From: Anaerohalosphaeraceae bacterium
GTDB lineage: Bacteria; Planctomycetota; Phycisphaerae; Sedimentisphaerales; Anaerohalosphaeraceae
Assembly (NCBI GenBank): GCA_050309605.1
Contig: JBNRMN010000030.1
Span: 1 to 47,652, forward strand
Length of the DNA stretch: 47,652 bases
Direction: 5' to 3'
Shown: positions 1 to 10,313 of the stretch, piece by piece
Layout of the letters: each line of letters starts with the position of its first letter
Position numbering within the stretch: the stretch's first letter is position 1
Program-made: the position numbers and the translations under genes
Notes under the pieces: model-generated
Told to the model about the DNA's origin: nothing
Seen by the model: the letters and a program-made list of their open reading frames with translations, nothing else
Databases searched by the model: none

Positions 1-230
1 GCACAACAGCGCGGCGGCGCGAGCCGCCCGATAGGGGGATGCGGATAGATGGGGCGTTTTGCAAGTCGCCACAGGATCCGGCTCACTTGCGCGGCTCGGC
101 TATTGTACGATGGCGCGGCGCAACATCGCGCACAACAGCGCGGCGGCGCGAGCCGCCCGATAGGGGGATGCGGATAGATGGGGCGTTTTGCAAGTCGCCA
201 CAGGATCCGGCTCACTTGCGCGGCTCGGCT
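1..230. repeat. Tandem REP/REPIN-like element, two identical 101-bp copies (1-101, 130-230; period 129 bp); may extend left of the window
   Basis: 1-101 and 130-230 are identical by inspection. Each copy has the hairpin GGCGGC-GCGA-GCCGCC and an oppositely oriented GCCGC-GCAA hairpin. A related inverted copy lies at 17209-17315. Confidence 0.85.
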
Positions 231-357
231 GTTGTTATGAATCCGGCGCACCAGCGCGGCTCAGGTCAAATAGCCTTTCAGGCCGAAAAAGTAAACATTA
301 TTGACCTGCTCCTGAACGCGGTGAACGCTTACATAATTTAAGATGCTGATCCCCTTG

Positions 358-1221
358 TCAGCGGGTCATTCCGAGCCGGCGCAGGGTTGCACGCGCCCAT
401 TTGACCGAGCGCGACTGGGCACACAGCAGCAGCCACACCACCAGCAGCCAGTAACCCGTAAACCGCACGTAATACAGCGCCATCCAGACCTTTGAGTCGT
501 CGGCTTTGGCCCAGCCGCCGCACAGCAGTTCGGCCGGCAGGTACATCGCACCCAGCACCACCCCCGGCAGCAGTACCTGCCACGGTGTGACAAAGACCAG
601 CGCCAGCAGCGACCGGAAAAACGCACGGCTGATATGATTGATGCCGCCGAGCTTTCCGGTCAGCGAAATCTTCAGATTCATCAGCATCGTCAGACAGTAC
701 AGCATCGCCGCCATAAACATCACAAAATTGGCGACGCGAATGATGCGGACTGCGGCGATGCAATCCAGTCGCAGAAAATCCAGTTCAAAGCCGACCGCAA
801 ATTCATCCTCGTCGATCTCTGCCGCTTGCGCGGGGTCGGCCTGCTCGTCGGTTTGAGGTGGTTCAGTGCCTGCGTCCTGTTCGGACAGCGCTTCGGTCTG
901 CGTCTGGGCGGCCGCCTGTCGGGCGACCTGTTCAGCTCGCTCGGCAATGACATTGGCCGAGGCCAGCGGCGCCGGGGCCGTCAAGCCGGACGCATCCCGG
1001 TTCCCGACCGATGGAACAGAGGCCGCTTGCTGCCCACGTAAGCAAGTCGGACAATCGACCGAATCAATCAGTCCAAGCCGATTCAGCCAAAAAACGCCCT
1101 GCGAAGCCAGCAGCGACAACAGCAGCAGCCAAAAGAAAAGATTCTTCATCCCTTTCATCACACTGACAGCCTCCAGGCAGTCGGTGGTATCGATCATTTC
1201 CTGGTTGATGTTCTGTTCCAT
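358..1221 (-). CDS. Hypothetical integral membrane protein (N-terminal TM, CxxC, acidic low-complexity linker, C-terminal TM bundle)
   Basis: 287-aa ORF directly downstream of hemL, with an SD-like AAGGGGA upstream and several hydrophobic segments. Confidence 0.75.
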   Translation of the reverse strand: MEQNINQEMIDTTDCLEAVSVMKGMKNLFFWLLLLSLLASQGVFWLNRLGLIDSVDCPTCLRGQQAASVPSVGNRDASGLTAPAPLASANVIAERAEQVARQAAAQTQTEALSEQDAGTEPPQTDEQADPAQAAEIDEDEFAVGFELDFLRLDCIAAVRIIRVANFVMFMAAMLYCLTMLMNLKISLTGKLGGINHISRAFFRSLLALVFVTPWQVLLPGVVLGAMYLPAELLCGGWAKADDSKVWMALYYVRFTGYWLLVVWLLLCAQSRSVKWARATLRRLGMTR

Positions 1222-1286
1222 CGCAATCCCCTTAAAAGTTTTTATGACTGGTCAACAAAAGCGAAAAACATCCTGTCCCTGACGCC

Positions 1287-2582
1287 TCACACACGACTTG
1301 CCTTAACGCAGGCATTATACACGGCCTGCACGGTTTTATCAATATCCTGATCCGAGTGAGCCAGCGAAACAAACATCGCCTCATAGGCGCTGGGGGCCAC
1401 ATACACACCCTGATCAAGCAGATGCACAAAGAACCGCTTGAAAAAGGCTATATCTGAACTTTGCACATCTTCAAATCGAACTACCGGTCTGTCCGTAAAA
1501 AATGCACTCAGAATCGATCCTGTCCGATTGACCGTCAGCGGCACGCCGGCGCGTGCGGCGGCGTCCTTCACGCCGGCTTCCAGTGCGGCTCCCTTTTTCT
1601 CCAGCGTCCGATAAACATCGGGATTATCAAGGAGTTCGAGGGTTTTGTTGGCCGCGGCCACGGCCAGCGGGTTGCCGCTGAGCGTCCCTGCCTGATAGAC
1701 CGGCCCAAGAGGAGCCAATAAGTCCATAATTTCACTGCGCCCCCCGACCGCCGCGGCCGGAAGTCCCCCGCCGACAATCTTGCCCAGACAGGTCAAATCG
1801 GCCTGCACGCCGCAGCGTTGCTGCGCCCCGCCGAACGCAACGCGAAAACCGGTAATCACCTCATCGAAAATCAGTACACTGTCGTATTCATCACAAAGTT
1901 GACGCAATCCATCCAGATACCCTTCGACAGGCGGAATAACCCCCATATTGGCCGCAATCGGCTCGACCACCACCGCCGCGATCGATTCCGGGAATTTGGC
2001 AAAGGCCTGTCGCACCGCGTCCAAATCGTTGTACGCCACGGCGATGGTCTGCGAGGCGACCGTGCCGGGGACGCCGGCGCTGGACGGCACGCCGTGCTCG
2101 GCGATTCCCGACCCGGCGCTGACCAGCATTCCGTCGCTGTGGCCGTGATAACAGCCGATCATCTTGACAACCCCGTCCCGTCCGGTAAACGCCCGCGCCA
2201 GCCGCACGGCGGTCATCGCCGCTTCGGTGCCGCTGCTGACCAGCCGTACCTTGTCGATGCTGTCAAATGCGGCTGCAATACGCTCGGCCAGTTCGGTCTC
2301 CGCTTGCGTTGGCGCACCGTAGGAAGTGCCCTTCCGGGCCGCTTGCCGAATCGCTTCTACAACCGCTGGATGGGCGTGGCCCAGAATCATCGGCCCCCAC
2401 GACCCGACATAGTCGATATAGCGATTGCCGTCCACATCGGTGATCGACGATCCGCCGGCTGAGGCGATAAACAGCGGTCCTCGGTCAACCCCCCCGAAGG
2501 CCCGTACCGGCGAATTCACGCCGCCGGGAATGACTTTTTTCGCGCGTTCAAACGCATGTTGAGATTGTGTTGTTGAACTCAT
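1287..2582 (-). CDS. hemL: Glutamate-1-semialdehyde 2,1-aminomutase
   Basis: PGGVNSPVRAF, YIDYVGSWGPMILGH, SGTEA, FDEVITGFR, GKIVGGGLP and YQAGTLSGNP motifs. Start placed at ATG 2582. Confidence 0.97.
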   Translation of the reverse strand: MSSTTQSQHAFERAKKVIPGGVNSPVRAFGGVDRGPLFIASAGGSSITDVDGNRYIDYVGSWGPMILGHAHPAVVEAIRQAARKGTSYGAPTQAETELAERIAAAFDSIDKVRLVSSGTEAAMTAVRLARAFTGRDGVVKMIGCYHGHSDGMLVSAGSGIAEHGVPSSAGVPGTVASQTIAVAYNDLDAVRQAFAKFPESIAAVVVEPIAANMGVIPPVEGYLDGLRQLCDEYDSVLIFDEVITGFRVAFGGAQQRCGVQADLTCLGKIVGGGLPAAAVGGRSEIMDLLAPLGPVYQAGTLSGNPLAVAAANKTLELLDNPDVYRTLEKKGAALEAGVKDAAARAGVPLTVNRTGSILSAFFTDRPVVRFEDVQSSDIAFFKRFFVHLLDQGVYVAPSAYEAMFVSLAHSDQDIDKTVQAVYNACVKASRV

Positions 2583-2759
2583 GGAAACCATCCTGACTGA
2601 TGTTAACACGGCAAAACCGGTATCCTACCCGATACAGACGGGTTTGTCCAATTCAAAGATAACGGAAGTCTATTTATGAATCGTTCTATGCCCCCGATTT
2701 GTAACAGGCCGAGGGCGCGGGCACGGCTGATTTTTCCGCCGCCGGCGAGGCGTTTTTTC

Positions 2760-2787
2760 TTGCAATCCGTATCCTGACGACTATACT
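2760..2787 (+). promoter_or_regulatory. Putative sigma70-type promoter for the SurA-like operon
   Basis: TTGCAA-16 bp-TATACT, about 60 bp upstream of ATG 2846. Confidence 0.45.
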
Positions 2788-2845
2788 GCCTTTTTCGTAA
2801 ATTCTGAACAGGACACGGATTTTGAATTAAAACACAGGACGAACT

Positions 2846-5065
2846 ATGCATGTTTCCAAGTGGATGCGCAAAAACAGCAAAAAGATAATGGTGTTTGTCG
2901 TTATCTTCTCTATGGTGTCTTTTGTCATCGGCTATACCGGGCTTCAAATCTTTTTCAGTCTGATCGGAGCGGACAATCCCGTCATCGGCACCCTGGAAGA
3001 CGGGCGTAAAATACGGGCACGGGAGTTTTCGGCCGCACAAAATGAATTGCGTCTGCTTCGGATGCTGGGCGGCGATATGGTGCTGATGAGCCAGGGGCAA
3101 CAGGGCCTGGCCGGACCGCTGATGGCGTACCTGCTGTTTCCGGACTCTCAGGCCGTGGCCGAGGCGCAACTGCCTACGGGACTCAAGCAGGCCGCACAGC
3201 GCGGCCAGATTCCGGTCAGCCTGGAGCTGATCGAGGATTTTTTTGATGAACGTGTTCAATCCGAATTGGTATGGATGCTGCTGAAAACCGAAGCTCAGAA
3301 CGCCGGCAGCGTCATTTCCGATGATCAGGCGCGACGCATTTTACAGCAAATCATCCCGCAGCTGGCCCAGGGCGCCGATCCTGCCCGCTATATCAATGCC
3401 ATAATAAGCCAGACCAATCTGACGGAAAATCAGATCGTCCGCGTCTTTGCCGACTTGATGGGTGTGATGTTTTATACCGGCAATATCATTAACAATCAGG
3501 ATGTAACGCTCAAACAGATACAGGCGTCAATCGGGCGCAGTGAAGAAAAGTTCAACGCCGAATTCGTCAAAATCCCCGCTGAGTGGTTCATTGACCCCAA
3601 CAGCCCCGTCGAATCGGATGAAATGGAGGCGCAATTTGAGGCCTACAAAAACGACCTGCCGGGGGCATACCGCCAGGAGAACCCTTTCGGCTTCGGCTAC
3701 AAGCTGCCCAAGCGGGTGCAGTTGGAATATATGACGGTGCTGCTGGACGAGGTGAAAACGCAAATCGAACGTCCCACCGCCGAGCAACTGGAAGAGTTTT
3801 ATACGCGGAATATCGAACAATTTCGTTATGAGGAGCCGGCGGATCCGAACGATCCGGAAGGCGAACAGATCACGCGGACCCGTACCTTTGCCGAATCGCT
3901 GCCGCGGATTCGCACGATGCTCGAACAGGAGCGTGTCAATCGTCTGGCCAATCAGATTTTCAATGACGCCAAAGCGATGACCGAACAGGGCTTTGCGACG
4001 GTCAATGTTGAGCAGGCCGATCTCGAGCAGCTTCGCAGTGCGGCCGGCGATTATGCCCGGACGGCCCAGGAGCTGTCGCAGCGTTATCATATCCGTGTGG
4101 TGAGCGGACAAACGGGTCTGCTCAGCGCCGCCGATTTCGGGCGCGACAGCATCCTGCAATCGCTTCGGTTCCAACACGGCCGGCAATCGCTTCCGCTTTC
4201 CGAACTTGTCTATAACGTCCGGCTTGATCCGACCCAGGCGCATCGCCAAATCGGCGTGCCGTTGGTGCGGCCATGGGAAAATATCGGACCGATGACCGGG
4301 ATGACCTATGACCCGCAGGAGGCCAAGACGCATCGGTTGATGACCATGGTGCGGGTGACAGACGTCAAGAGTGCGACGGTTCCCGACTCAATGGATGTTC
4401 GCTATGACGTTACGGGAATGATCGTTCTTGATGCTCAGCGCGAGGAGAAGACTACAACATTCGTGCTGGCCGAGCACATTGCCGCGGACATTCGCCTTGC
4501 CAAAGCGATGGAAAAAGCCGAAGCGGCGGCTCGCGAGTTGGCGGCCCTGGCCGAGGAACACGAGTGGGACGAGGCACTGGCGGTCTTCAATGAACAGCTC
4601 AAAGCCGCGTATGAGACTGCCGACCTGACGCTCCAGACCGTTCGCGATCAGAGCCGTATGTCACAGGACGACAAAGAACGCATGAGGCTGTATATGGCGG
4701 CCAATCCCGCCAGCGCCGAATTCATCAAAGACCGGCTTACCACCAATGCCCTCAATGAAATGCTTTATCAACTGCTTGAGAATGGACAGGAAACAACGGG
4801 CGATATAACCAAGGCGCTTACGGTTGAACAGACCCGGGCGAGCTATGCGGTCAAGCGGGTTACCCGGATCGCGGCGACAGAAGCGGATTATGTGGACAAC
4901 AAGGCCATTACCGCGCTGCAACTGAACACCGCCTCGTCGGCTGAACCGGCGCTGATTCATCTGAATATCCGCAACCTGCTGAATCGACTGGGCTACACCT
5001 CCACGCAAGAGGGCGTCATTGTGGACGAGCCGGCGCCGATGCTTCCTGTGGACGGAGGCTTTTAA
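2846..5065 (+). CDS. Membrane-anchored periplasmic chaperone, SurA N-terminal/PpiD-like
   Basis: Basic N-terminus plus single TM (WMRKNSKKIMVFVVIFSMVSFVI), helical body, and PpiD-like segments (Y..PKRVQLEY, PTAEQLEEFY, RTFAE). Confidence 0.65.
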   Translation: MHVSKWMRKNSKKIMVFVVIFSMVSFVIGYTGLQIFFSLIGADNPVIGTLEDGRKIRAREFSAAQNELRLLRMLGGDMVLMSQGQQGLAGPLMAYLLFPDSQAVAEAQLPTGLKQAAQRGQIPVSLELIEDFFDERVQSELVWMLLKTEAQNAGSVISDDQARRILQQIIPQLAQGADPARYINAIISQTNLTENQIVRVFADLMGVMFYTGNIINNQDVTLKQIQASIGRSEEKFNAEFVKIPAEWFIDPNSPVESDEMEAQFEAYKNDLPGAYRQENPFGFGYKLPKRVQLEYMTVLLDEVKTQIERPTAEQLEEFYTRNIEQFRYEEPADPNDPEGEQITRTRTFAESLPRIRTMLEQERVNRLANQIFNDAKAMTEQGFATVNVEQADLEQLRSAAGDYARTAQELSQRYHIRVVSGQTGLLSAADFGRDSILQSLRFQHGRQSLPLSELVYNVRLDPTQAHRQIGVPLVRPWENIGPMTGMTYDPQEAKTHRLMTMVRVTDVKSATVPDSMDVRYDVTGMIVLDAQREEKTTTFVLAEHIAADIRLAKAMEKAEAAARELAALAEEHEWDEALAVFNEQLKAAYETADLTLQTVRDQSRMSQDDKERMRLYMAANPASAEFIKDRLTTNALNEMLYQLLENGQETTGDITKALTVEQTRASYAVKRVTRIAATEADYVDNKAITALQLNTASSAEPALIHLNIRNLLNRLGYTSTQEGVIVDEPAPMLPVDGGF

Positions 5066-5481
5066 TGAAAGCGCCGCACAACAGGGTGGATTACCTGCTG
5101 TTTCTGGTGCTGGTGGGGGTGGCCGCCTGGGCGGTTCCCGGCGCCGGACATCTGCTGATCCGTGAACGCCGGCGCGCGATTATTATTTGCGTGACCGTGC
5201 TGAGTCTTTTTCTTGCGGGGCTGTATATCGGCTCGCTGGGGGTTCTTGAGCCGATTCAGACGGCCTGGTATATCTTTGTCGGACAAATGCTGACCACCCC
5301 GGCTGTCGGCATCCTGACCGATATTGCCCAGAAGGGTGAGTATTTTGTTGCCGGACGTCCGGCTGACATCGGGCTGATCTATACCATCATCGCGGGTTTG
5401 CTGAACCTGTTGTGCATTTCCAATGCGGTTTATATGGCCTATTGCGGACGCGGGCAACTCATCGGGGAGGAAGAAGAATGA
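5065..5481 (+). CDS. Membrane protein (DUF6677-like, planctomycete-type)
   Basis: AWAVPGAGHL and IAGLLNLL motifs, 3-4 TMs, TAATG overlap with the upstream gene. Confidence 0.7.
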   Translation: MKAPHNRVDYLLFLVLVGVAAWAVPGAGHLLIRERRRAIIICVTVLSLFLAGLYIGSLGVLEPIQTAWYIFVGQMLTTPAVGILTDIAQKGEYFVAGRPADIGLIYTIIAGLLNLLCISNAVYMAYCGRGQLIGEEEE

Positions 5482-5720
5482 CAATCGCCCTGCTCGCTTC
5501 GTTCACGTCGCCGATTCATATCGGCACCGATCCGGCCTCAATGCTGTGGATGTTTCCGTTGCTGGCGGCGATTGCGATTATCTATAAGACCACCAAGATG
5601 CGGGTGCTGTTCTGGGGGCGATTTATCCGCGAGACGCTGATTTTGTTTATCACCCTCAGCGCCTTTATGACGGCGGCGGTGGTGGTGCTGAACCTGATCA
5701 CCTGGCTGGCGACAAGCTGA
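5478..5720 (+). CDS. Small hypothetical membrane protein (80 aa)
   Basis: ATGA overlap with the upstream stop, two TM helices, PL..AIAIIYKTTK motif. Confidence 0.7.
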   Translation: MTIALLASFTSPIHIGTDPASMLWMFPLLAAIAIIYKTTKMRVLFWGRFIRETLILFITLSAFMTAAVVVLNLITWLATS

Positions 5721-5819
5721 GTTATTTTTTACCGCAGAGGGCACAGCAAAGAACCACAACTGCACAAACGAAACCCCGGATTTTGCCGTTCATCACAAAG
5801 GATGATTTTCATTTCAGTT

Positions 5820-8537
5820 TTATGCCAGCGCCTGGCGAATTTTATCTTTGGCCTTTTCGAGAGCGTCGGGCAGTTTGGCGGGGTCTTTGCCGCCGGCCTG
5901 AGCCATTTGGGGCCGTCCGCCGCCGCCGCCGCCGACCAAGGGGGCGATTTCCTTGACGATGTCGCCGGCCTTGATTTTTTTGATTAAATCGTCTGTCACG
6001 CCGGCCAGCAGCGTGACCTTGCCGTCGCCGTCGGCCATGCCCAGCACAATCACGGCGGATTTGGTTTTTTTCTTGAGGCTGTCCATCGCCGAACGCATCT
6101 GTTCGATGGGCGATTCGCCGATCTGTCCGACAATGATGAATGCCCCGCCGATTTGCTCGGCCTGTTCAAGCAGTCCGGCGGCCTGGGTCATCGCATCGGC
6201 TATGCCGCGGCGCCCGGCGGACTTGAGCTGTTTGGTCAGACTCTTGTTGTCCTCGATCAGCTTGCCGACTCGTGCGACAATCTGTTCGGCGGGCGTTTTG
6301 AGCCGCTCGACCAGTTCATCGATCATCCGCGACCGCTCGATCAGATGCCGCACCATCGCCGGGCCGGTCAGGGCGGTTATTCGACGCACACCGGCGGCGA
6401 CGCTTTCTTCTTTGACGATCACGAACCCGCCGATTCGGCCGGTGCAGTCCACATGCGTGCCGCCGCACAGTTCCTTGCTGAACGCCTCATCCAGTCGGTC
6501 GGCGGATGCTGCCCCGGCGGCGATCACACGAACCGTATCGCCGTATTTTTCGCCGAACAGGGCGGTTGCCCCGGCCTGTTTGGCCTGCTCAATCGGCAGG
6601 GTCGCAGTCGTTACCGGCGCATCGGCATCAATTTTTTCCTGCACGAGCGATTCGACCTGCTGAATTTCCTCTTGGCTCAGGGCCTTTGGCCAGGTAAAGT
6701 CGAACCGCAGATACTCCGGACAAACCAGCGAGCCTTGCTGTTTGACCGCATCGCCGAGTACCTGTCGCAATGCCCATTGCAGCAGGTGCGTGGCGGTGTG
6801 ATTTTTTTGGGTTGCTTTGCGTTGCGGATCGACTGTTGCCGTAACCGGCTCGCCGACGGCCACCGACCCTTCCAGCAGCCGGCCGCGATGCAGAACGCAA
6901 TCGGCCAGCTTCTCGGTTGTTTCAACCGCAAAGACGCCCCCGGCCGATGTGATCATTCCGGCATCGCCGATCTGTCCGCCGGACTCGGCATAAAAGCAGG
7001 TCCGATCCAAAACCAGCGCGACGGCCTTTTCCGTATCCTTCAACGAGCCGTTTTGGGTCAGTCCCGATTCATCCACCCAACCGACGATCGTCGCCTGGCA
7101 GCGATCGGTTGAATATTTGAGGTTGTCATCGGTGACGGGCAATTCCACACCTGACAACGATGCGGCCAGTGAGCCGGTTTTCTGAGCCGCCCGAGCGCGG
7201 GCACGCTGCTGAGCCATCAGTTCCTCAAAGGCCGCGGTATCGACCGCCAGCCCCTCTTCCCGCGCCAACAACTGCGTCAAGTCCAGCGGAAAACCATAGG
7301 TATCATAAAGCTGAAAGACATCCCGCCCGTCGAGGGTGTCGCGCTGGTGGTCTTTGGCCGTGCGTGCGGCGGCGGCGAACATCTCCAGCCCGCGATCCAG
7401 CGTCCGCCCGAACGAGGCCTCTTCGGCCTGAATGACCGAGGCCACAAACTCACCCCGCTCGGCGATCTCCGGGAATGCCGCGCCCATGTGTTCAACGACC
7501 ACATCCACCAGCCGATACATAAACGGCTCGTGCAGTTCCAGCGCCCGTCCGAACCGTGCCGCCCGCCGCAGCAGCCGCCGCATCACATAGCCGCGTCCGT
7601 CATTGCTCGGCGTTACGCCGTCGGCGATGGAAAACGTCAGTGTGCGGATGTGATCGGCGATCACGCGAAAGGCGTTGTCGGCTGCATTGCCGAGTTTGGA
7701 GGTATAGGCCTTGTGGCTGATCTCCTGCAGAGCCGAAATCATCGGCATAAACAAATCCGTGTCGTAGTTGCTCGGCTTGTTTTGCAAGACCGCCGCCAGT
7801 CGTTCCAGCCCCGCACCGGTATCCACATAATTGGCGCCGAGCCGTTCCAGCGTGCCGTCAGGCTTGCGATTGAACTGAATAAAGACCAGATTCCACAGCT
7901 CGATAAACCGTCCGCAGCCGCCGTTGACCGCGCAGCGATGGCCCGGTTCGTGCTGCTTGTCGCAGCGGTCCGGCCCCAGATCAATATGAATCTCACTGCA
8001 CGGACCGCACGGACCGCTTGCGCCCATCTCCCAGAAATTATCCTTGCGCCCGCAAAACAGCACCCGCTCTTTGGGCAGCGGCGTCAGTCGAGTCCACAGC
8101 TCGGCGGATTCGTTATCCGGCTCGGCGCCGTCGTCCGGGTCGCCGGCAAAGACCGTCGCCCACAGTCGATTCGGATCGATGCCATAGATCTTCGTCAGCA
8201 GCTGCCAGCCCCATTCAATCGCCTCGGCCTTGAAATAATCGTTAAACGACCAATTGCCGAGCATCTCAAAGAACGTATGATGATAGGTATCCAGCCCCAC
8301 TTCTTCAAGGTCATTGTGCTTGCCGCTGACGCGAATGCACTTTTGGCTGTTGACCGCCCTGCCGAACGCCGGCTGCTTGTGCCCCAGAAAGATGTCCTTG
8401 AACTGGTTCATTCCGGCATTGGTAAACAGCAGCGTCTCATCGCCGATCGGCACCACCGGCCAGCTCGGAACAAACCGATGCCCGCGTTCTTTGAAGAACT
8501 CGATAAATCCGCTGCGAATGTCATTAGCGCTTAACAC
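5820..8537 (-). CDS. alaS: Alanine--tRNA ligase
   Basis: LLFTNAGMNQFK, HHTFFEMLGNWSF, editing-domain HTATHLL and ELCGGTH, C-terminal GGGGGRPQMAQAGG. Confidence 0.98.
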   Translation of the reverse strand: MLSANDIRSGFIEFFKERGHRFVPSWPVVPIGDETLLFTNAGMNQFKDIFLGHKQPAFGRAVNSQKCIRVSGKHNDLEEVGLDTYHHTFFEMLGNWSFNDYFKAEAIEWGWQLLTKIYGIDPNRLWATVFAGDPDDGAEPDNESAELWTRLTPLPKERVLFCGRKDNFWEMGASGPCGPCSEIHIDLGPDRCDKQHEPGHRCAVNGGCGRFIELWNLVFIQFNRKPDGTLERLGANYVDTGAGLERLAAVLQNKPSNYDTDLFMPMISALQEISHKAYTSKLGNAADNAFRVIADHIRTLTFSIADGVTPSNDGRGYVMRRLLRRAARFGRALELHEPFMYRLVDVVVEHMGAAFPEIAERGEFVASVIQAEEASFGRTLDRGLEMFAAAARTAKDHQRDTLDGRDVFQLYDTYGFPLDLTQLLAREEGLAVDTAAFEELMAQQRARARAAQKTGSLAASLSGVELPVTDDNLKYSTDRCQATIVGWVDESGLTQNGSLKDTEKAVALVLDRTCFYAESGGQIGDAGMITSAGGVFAVETTEKLADCVLHRGRLLEGSVAVGEPVTATVDPQRKATQKNHTATHLLQWALRQVLGDAVKQQGSLVCPEYLRFDFTWPKALSQEEIQQVESLVQEKIDADAPVTTATLPIEQAKQAGATALFGEKYGDTVRVIAAGAASADRLDEAFSKELCGGTHVDCTGRIGGFVIVKEESVAAGVRRITALTGPAMVRHLIERSRMIDELVERLKTPAEQIVARVGKLIEDNKSLTKQLKSAGRRGIADAMTQAAGLLEQAEQIGGAFIIVGQIGESPIEQMRSAMDSLKKKTKSAVIVLGMADGDGKVTLLAGVTDDLIKKIKAGDIVKEIAPLVGGGGGGRPQMAQAGGKDPAKLPDALEKAKDKIRQALA

Positions 8538-8605
8538 GGCGATCTCTTTCCAATTAACACATCAAGAACAAAGTCATTTTTCGCACCGAAGGTGATTCGA
8601 AATAC

Positions 8606-9688
8606 TCAGTCATCCTTCGTCGATTGTTCTTCGTCGATCAATCCCTTGGCAACAAGGATTTTGTGCTTGAACTCCTCGGCCAGTTCGGGGTTGTCCTGCA
8701 AAAACTGTTTGGCGTTTTCACGGCCCTGGCCGAGCTTGATTTTGCCGTAGTTGTACCACGCGCCGCTTTTGTCGGCGATGCCGCACTCCACGGCCAGATC
8801 CAGCAGATCGCCGACGGTGCTGATACCGCTGTCGAACATAATATCAAATTCCGCGGTTTTGAACGGCGCGGCCACCTTGTTTTTGACCACCCGTGCGCGG
8901 ACGCGGTTGCCGACGGCCTGTTCGCCGCTGGTAATCGTCTGAATCCGACGCACATCCAGCCGCACCGAGGAGTAAAACTTCAGCGCGTTGCCGCCGGTGG
9001 TCGTTTCGGGGTTGCCGAACATTACACCGATCTTCATCCGAATCTGATTGATGAAAATCAGACAGGTCTTGCTCTTGCTGATAGCGCCGGTGAGCTTGCG
9101 CAGGGCCTGACTCATCAGCCGCGCCTGCAGGCCGACGTGGCTTTGTCCCATTTCGCCCTGCAGCTCGGCCGCCGGCACCAGTGCCGCCACCGAGTCCACC
9201 ACGATAATATCGACGGCGTTGGACTTGACCAGCATCTCGGCGATATCCAGCGCCTGCTCGCCGGTATCGGGCTGGCTGATCAGCAGTCCGCTGATGTCCA
9301 CGCCCAGCTTTTTGGCCCACGTCGTATCCAGCGCATGCTCGGCGTCGATGAATGCCGCTACGCCGCCGGCCCGCTGAGCACTGGCAACGGCATGCAGGGC
9401 CAGCGTGGTCTTGCCCGATGATTCCGGACCATAGAATTCCACCACGCGCCCGCGGGGAATACCCGTCCCGCCCAGCGCGATATCCAGCGACAGCGCGCCG
9501 GTGCTGATGCCTTCAACTTTGGGACGATTCGATTCGTCCATCTTCATAATCGAGCCGGCGCCGTATTGCTTTTCAATCTGGGCGATGGCGCGGTCGAGGG
9601 CGTCATTTTTGGCCGAGCTGGTGGTTGCCTTCTCGGTCATCTCCAGCGTTTTGGATGCCGCTGCTTTTTTCTTTGCTGCCTTTGCCAT
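8606..9688 (-). CDS. recA: Recombinase RecA
   Basis: GPESSGKTT Walker [39 protein letters not shown]. Start placed at ATG 9688. Confidence 0.99.
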   Translation of the reverse strand: MAKAAKKKAAASKTLEMTEKATTSSAKNDALDRAIAQIEKQYGAGSIMKMDESNRPKVEGISTGALSLDIALGGTGIPRGRVVEFYGPESSGKTTLALHAVASAQRAGGVAAFIDAEHALDTTWAKKLGVDISGLLISQPDTGEQALDIAEMLVKSNAVDIIVVDSVAALVPAAELQGEMGQSHVGLQARLMSQALRKLTGAISKSKTCLIFINQIRMKIGVMFGNPETTTGGNALKFYSSVRLDVRRIQTITSGEQAVGNRVRARVVKNKVAAPFKTAEFDIMFDSGISTVGDLLDLAVECGIADKSGAWYNYGKIKLGQGRENAKQFLQDNPELAEEFKHKILVAKGLIDEEQSTKDD

Positions 9689-9737
9689 AAAAAACGTCCT
9701 TCCCAATCACGGTTATTGATGTTCGATTAAAAGGGTG

Positions 9738-9766
9738 AAATTACCCCAAAACCATCCGTCCGTCAA
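9738..9766 (-). promoter_or_regulatory. Putative sigma70-type promoter of recA
   Basis: Minus strand TTGACG-17 bp-TAATTT. Confidence 0.5.
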
Positions 9767-9846
9767 CATTATTTGCCCCTGTCCGCCTGCGCCATTGACT
9801 CCCCGTGCCGCGCGGCTGTCGCGACCGGTTCGCAGCGTCGATCTAT

Positions 9847-9881
9847 AAAAAAAGAGCCGACATCCCGAAAATGCCCGGCTC
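9847..9881 (-). terminator. Intrinsic terminator downstream of trxA
   Basis: Minus strand GAGCCG-GGCAT-loop-ATGT-CGGCTC stem followed by T7. Confidence 0.7.
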
Positions 9882-9909
9882 CGTCGATAAACACTTTGGT
9901 ATAAAAGCG

Positions 9910-10236
9910 TTAAAGCAGTTCATCCAGGGCCGCGGTCAGGTCTTTTTTGCCGGTCAGCCCGACCCACTTTTTGGCAATCTGACCCTCTTTGAATAAAATC
10001 AGCGTCGGAATCGCATTGATGCCGTAATTGATCGCTGCGTCCCGATGTTCATCGGTGTTGATTTTGCAGATCGTCGCCTTTCCGGCGTATTCCCCGGCGA
10101 TTTCTTCAATTACAGGAGCGATCATTTTGCACGGCCCGCACCACGGCGCCCAAAAATCCACCAGGACCGGACCGTCGCTTTGATGCAGCGTTGATTCAAA
10201 CGTTGCATCCGTCAATTCGATGATGTTCTCAGCCAT
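9910..10236 (-). CDS. trxA: Thioredoxin
   Basis: VLVDFWAPWCGPCK motif and IPTL cis-Pro. Start ATG 10236 with SD GGAAAGGG. Confidence 0.97.
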   Translation of the reverse strand: MAENIIELTDATFESTLHQSDGPVLVDFWAPWCGPCKMIAPVIEEIAGEYAGKATICKINTDEHRDAAINYGINAIPTLILFKEGQIAKKWVGLTGKKDLTAALDELL

Positions 10237-10313
10237 TTTATCCCTTTCCGTTTGGGGTTTCCGAGGTCGCATTCAACAATCAAGGGGCATTTTATGGCAA
10301 TTCGCCCCGCCTG

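Noticed and set aside
1..230. CRISPR array or coding repeat (ORF 39..341)
   Set aside because: The repeat is 101 bp with a single 28-bp gap, far outside CRISPR dimensions, and there are no cas genes. The ORF is merely the translated repeat.
9690..9800. LexA (SOS) box upstream of recA
   Set aside because: Only a GAAC half-site is present; no complete CTGT-N8-ACAG, GAAC-N4-GTTC or GTTC-N7-GTTC.
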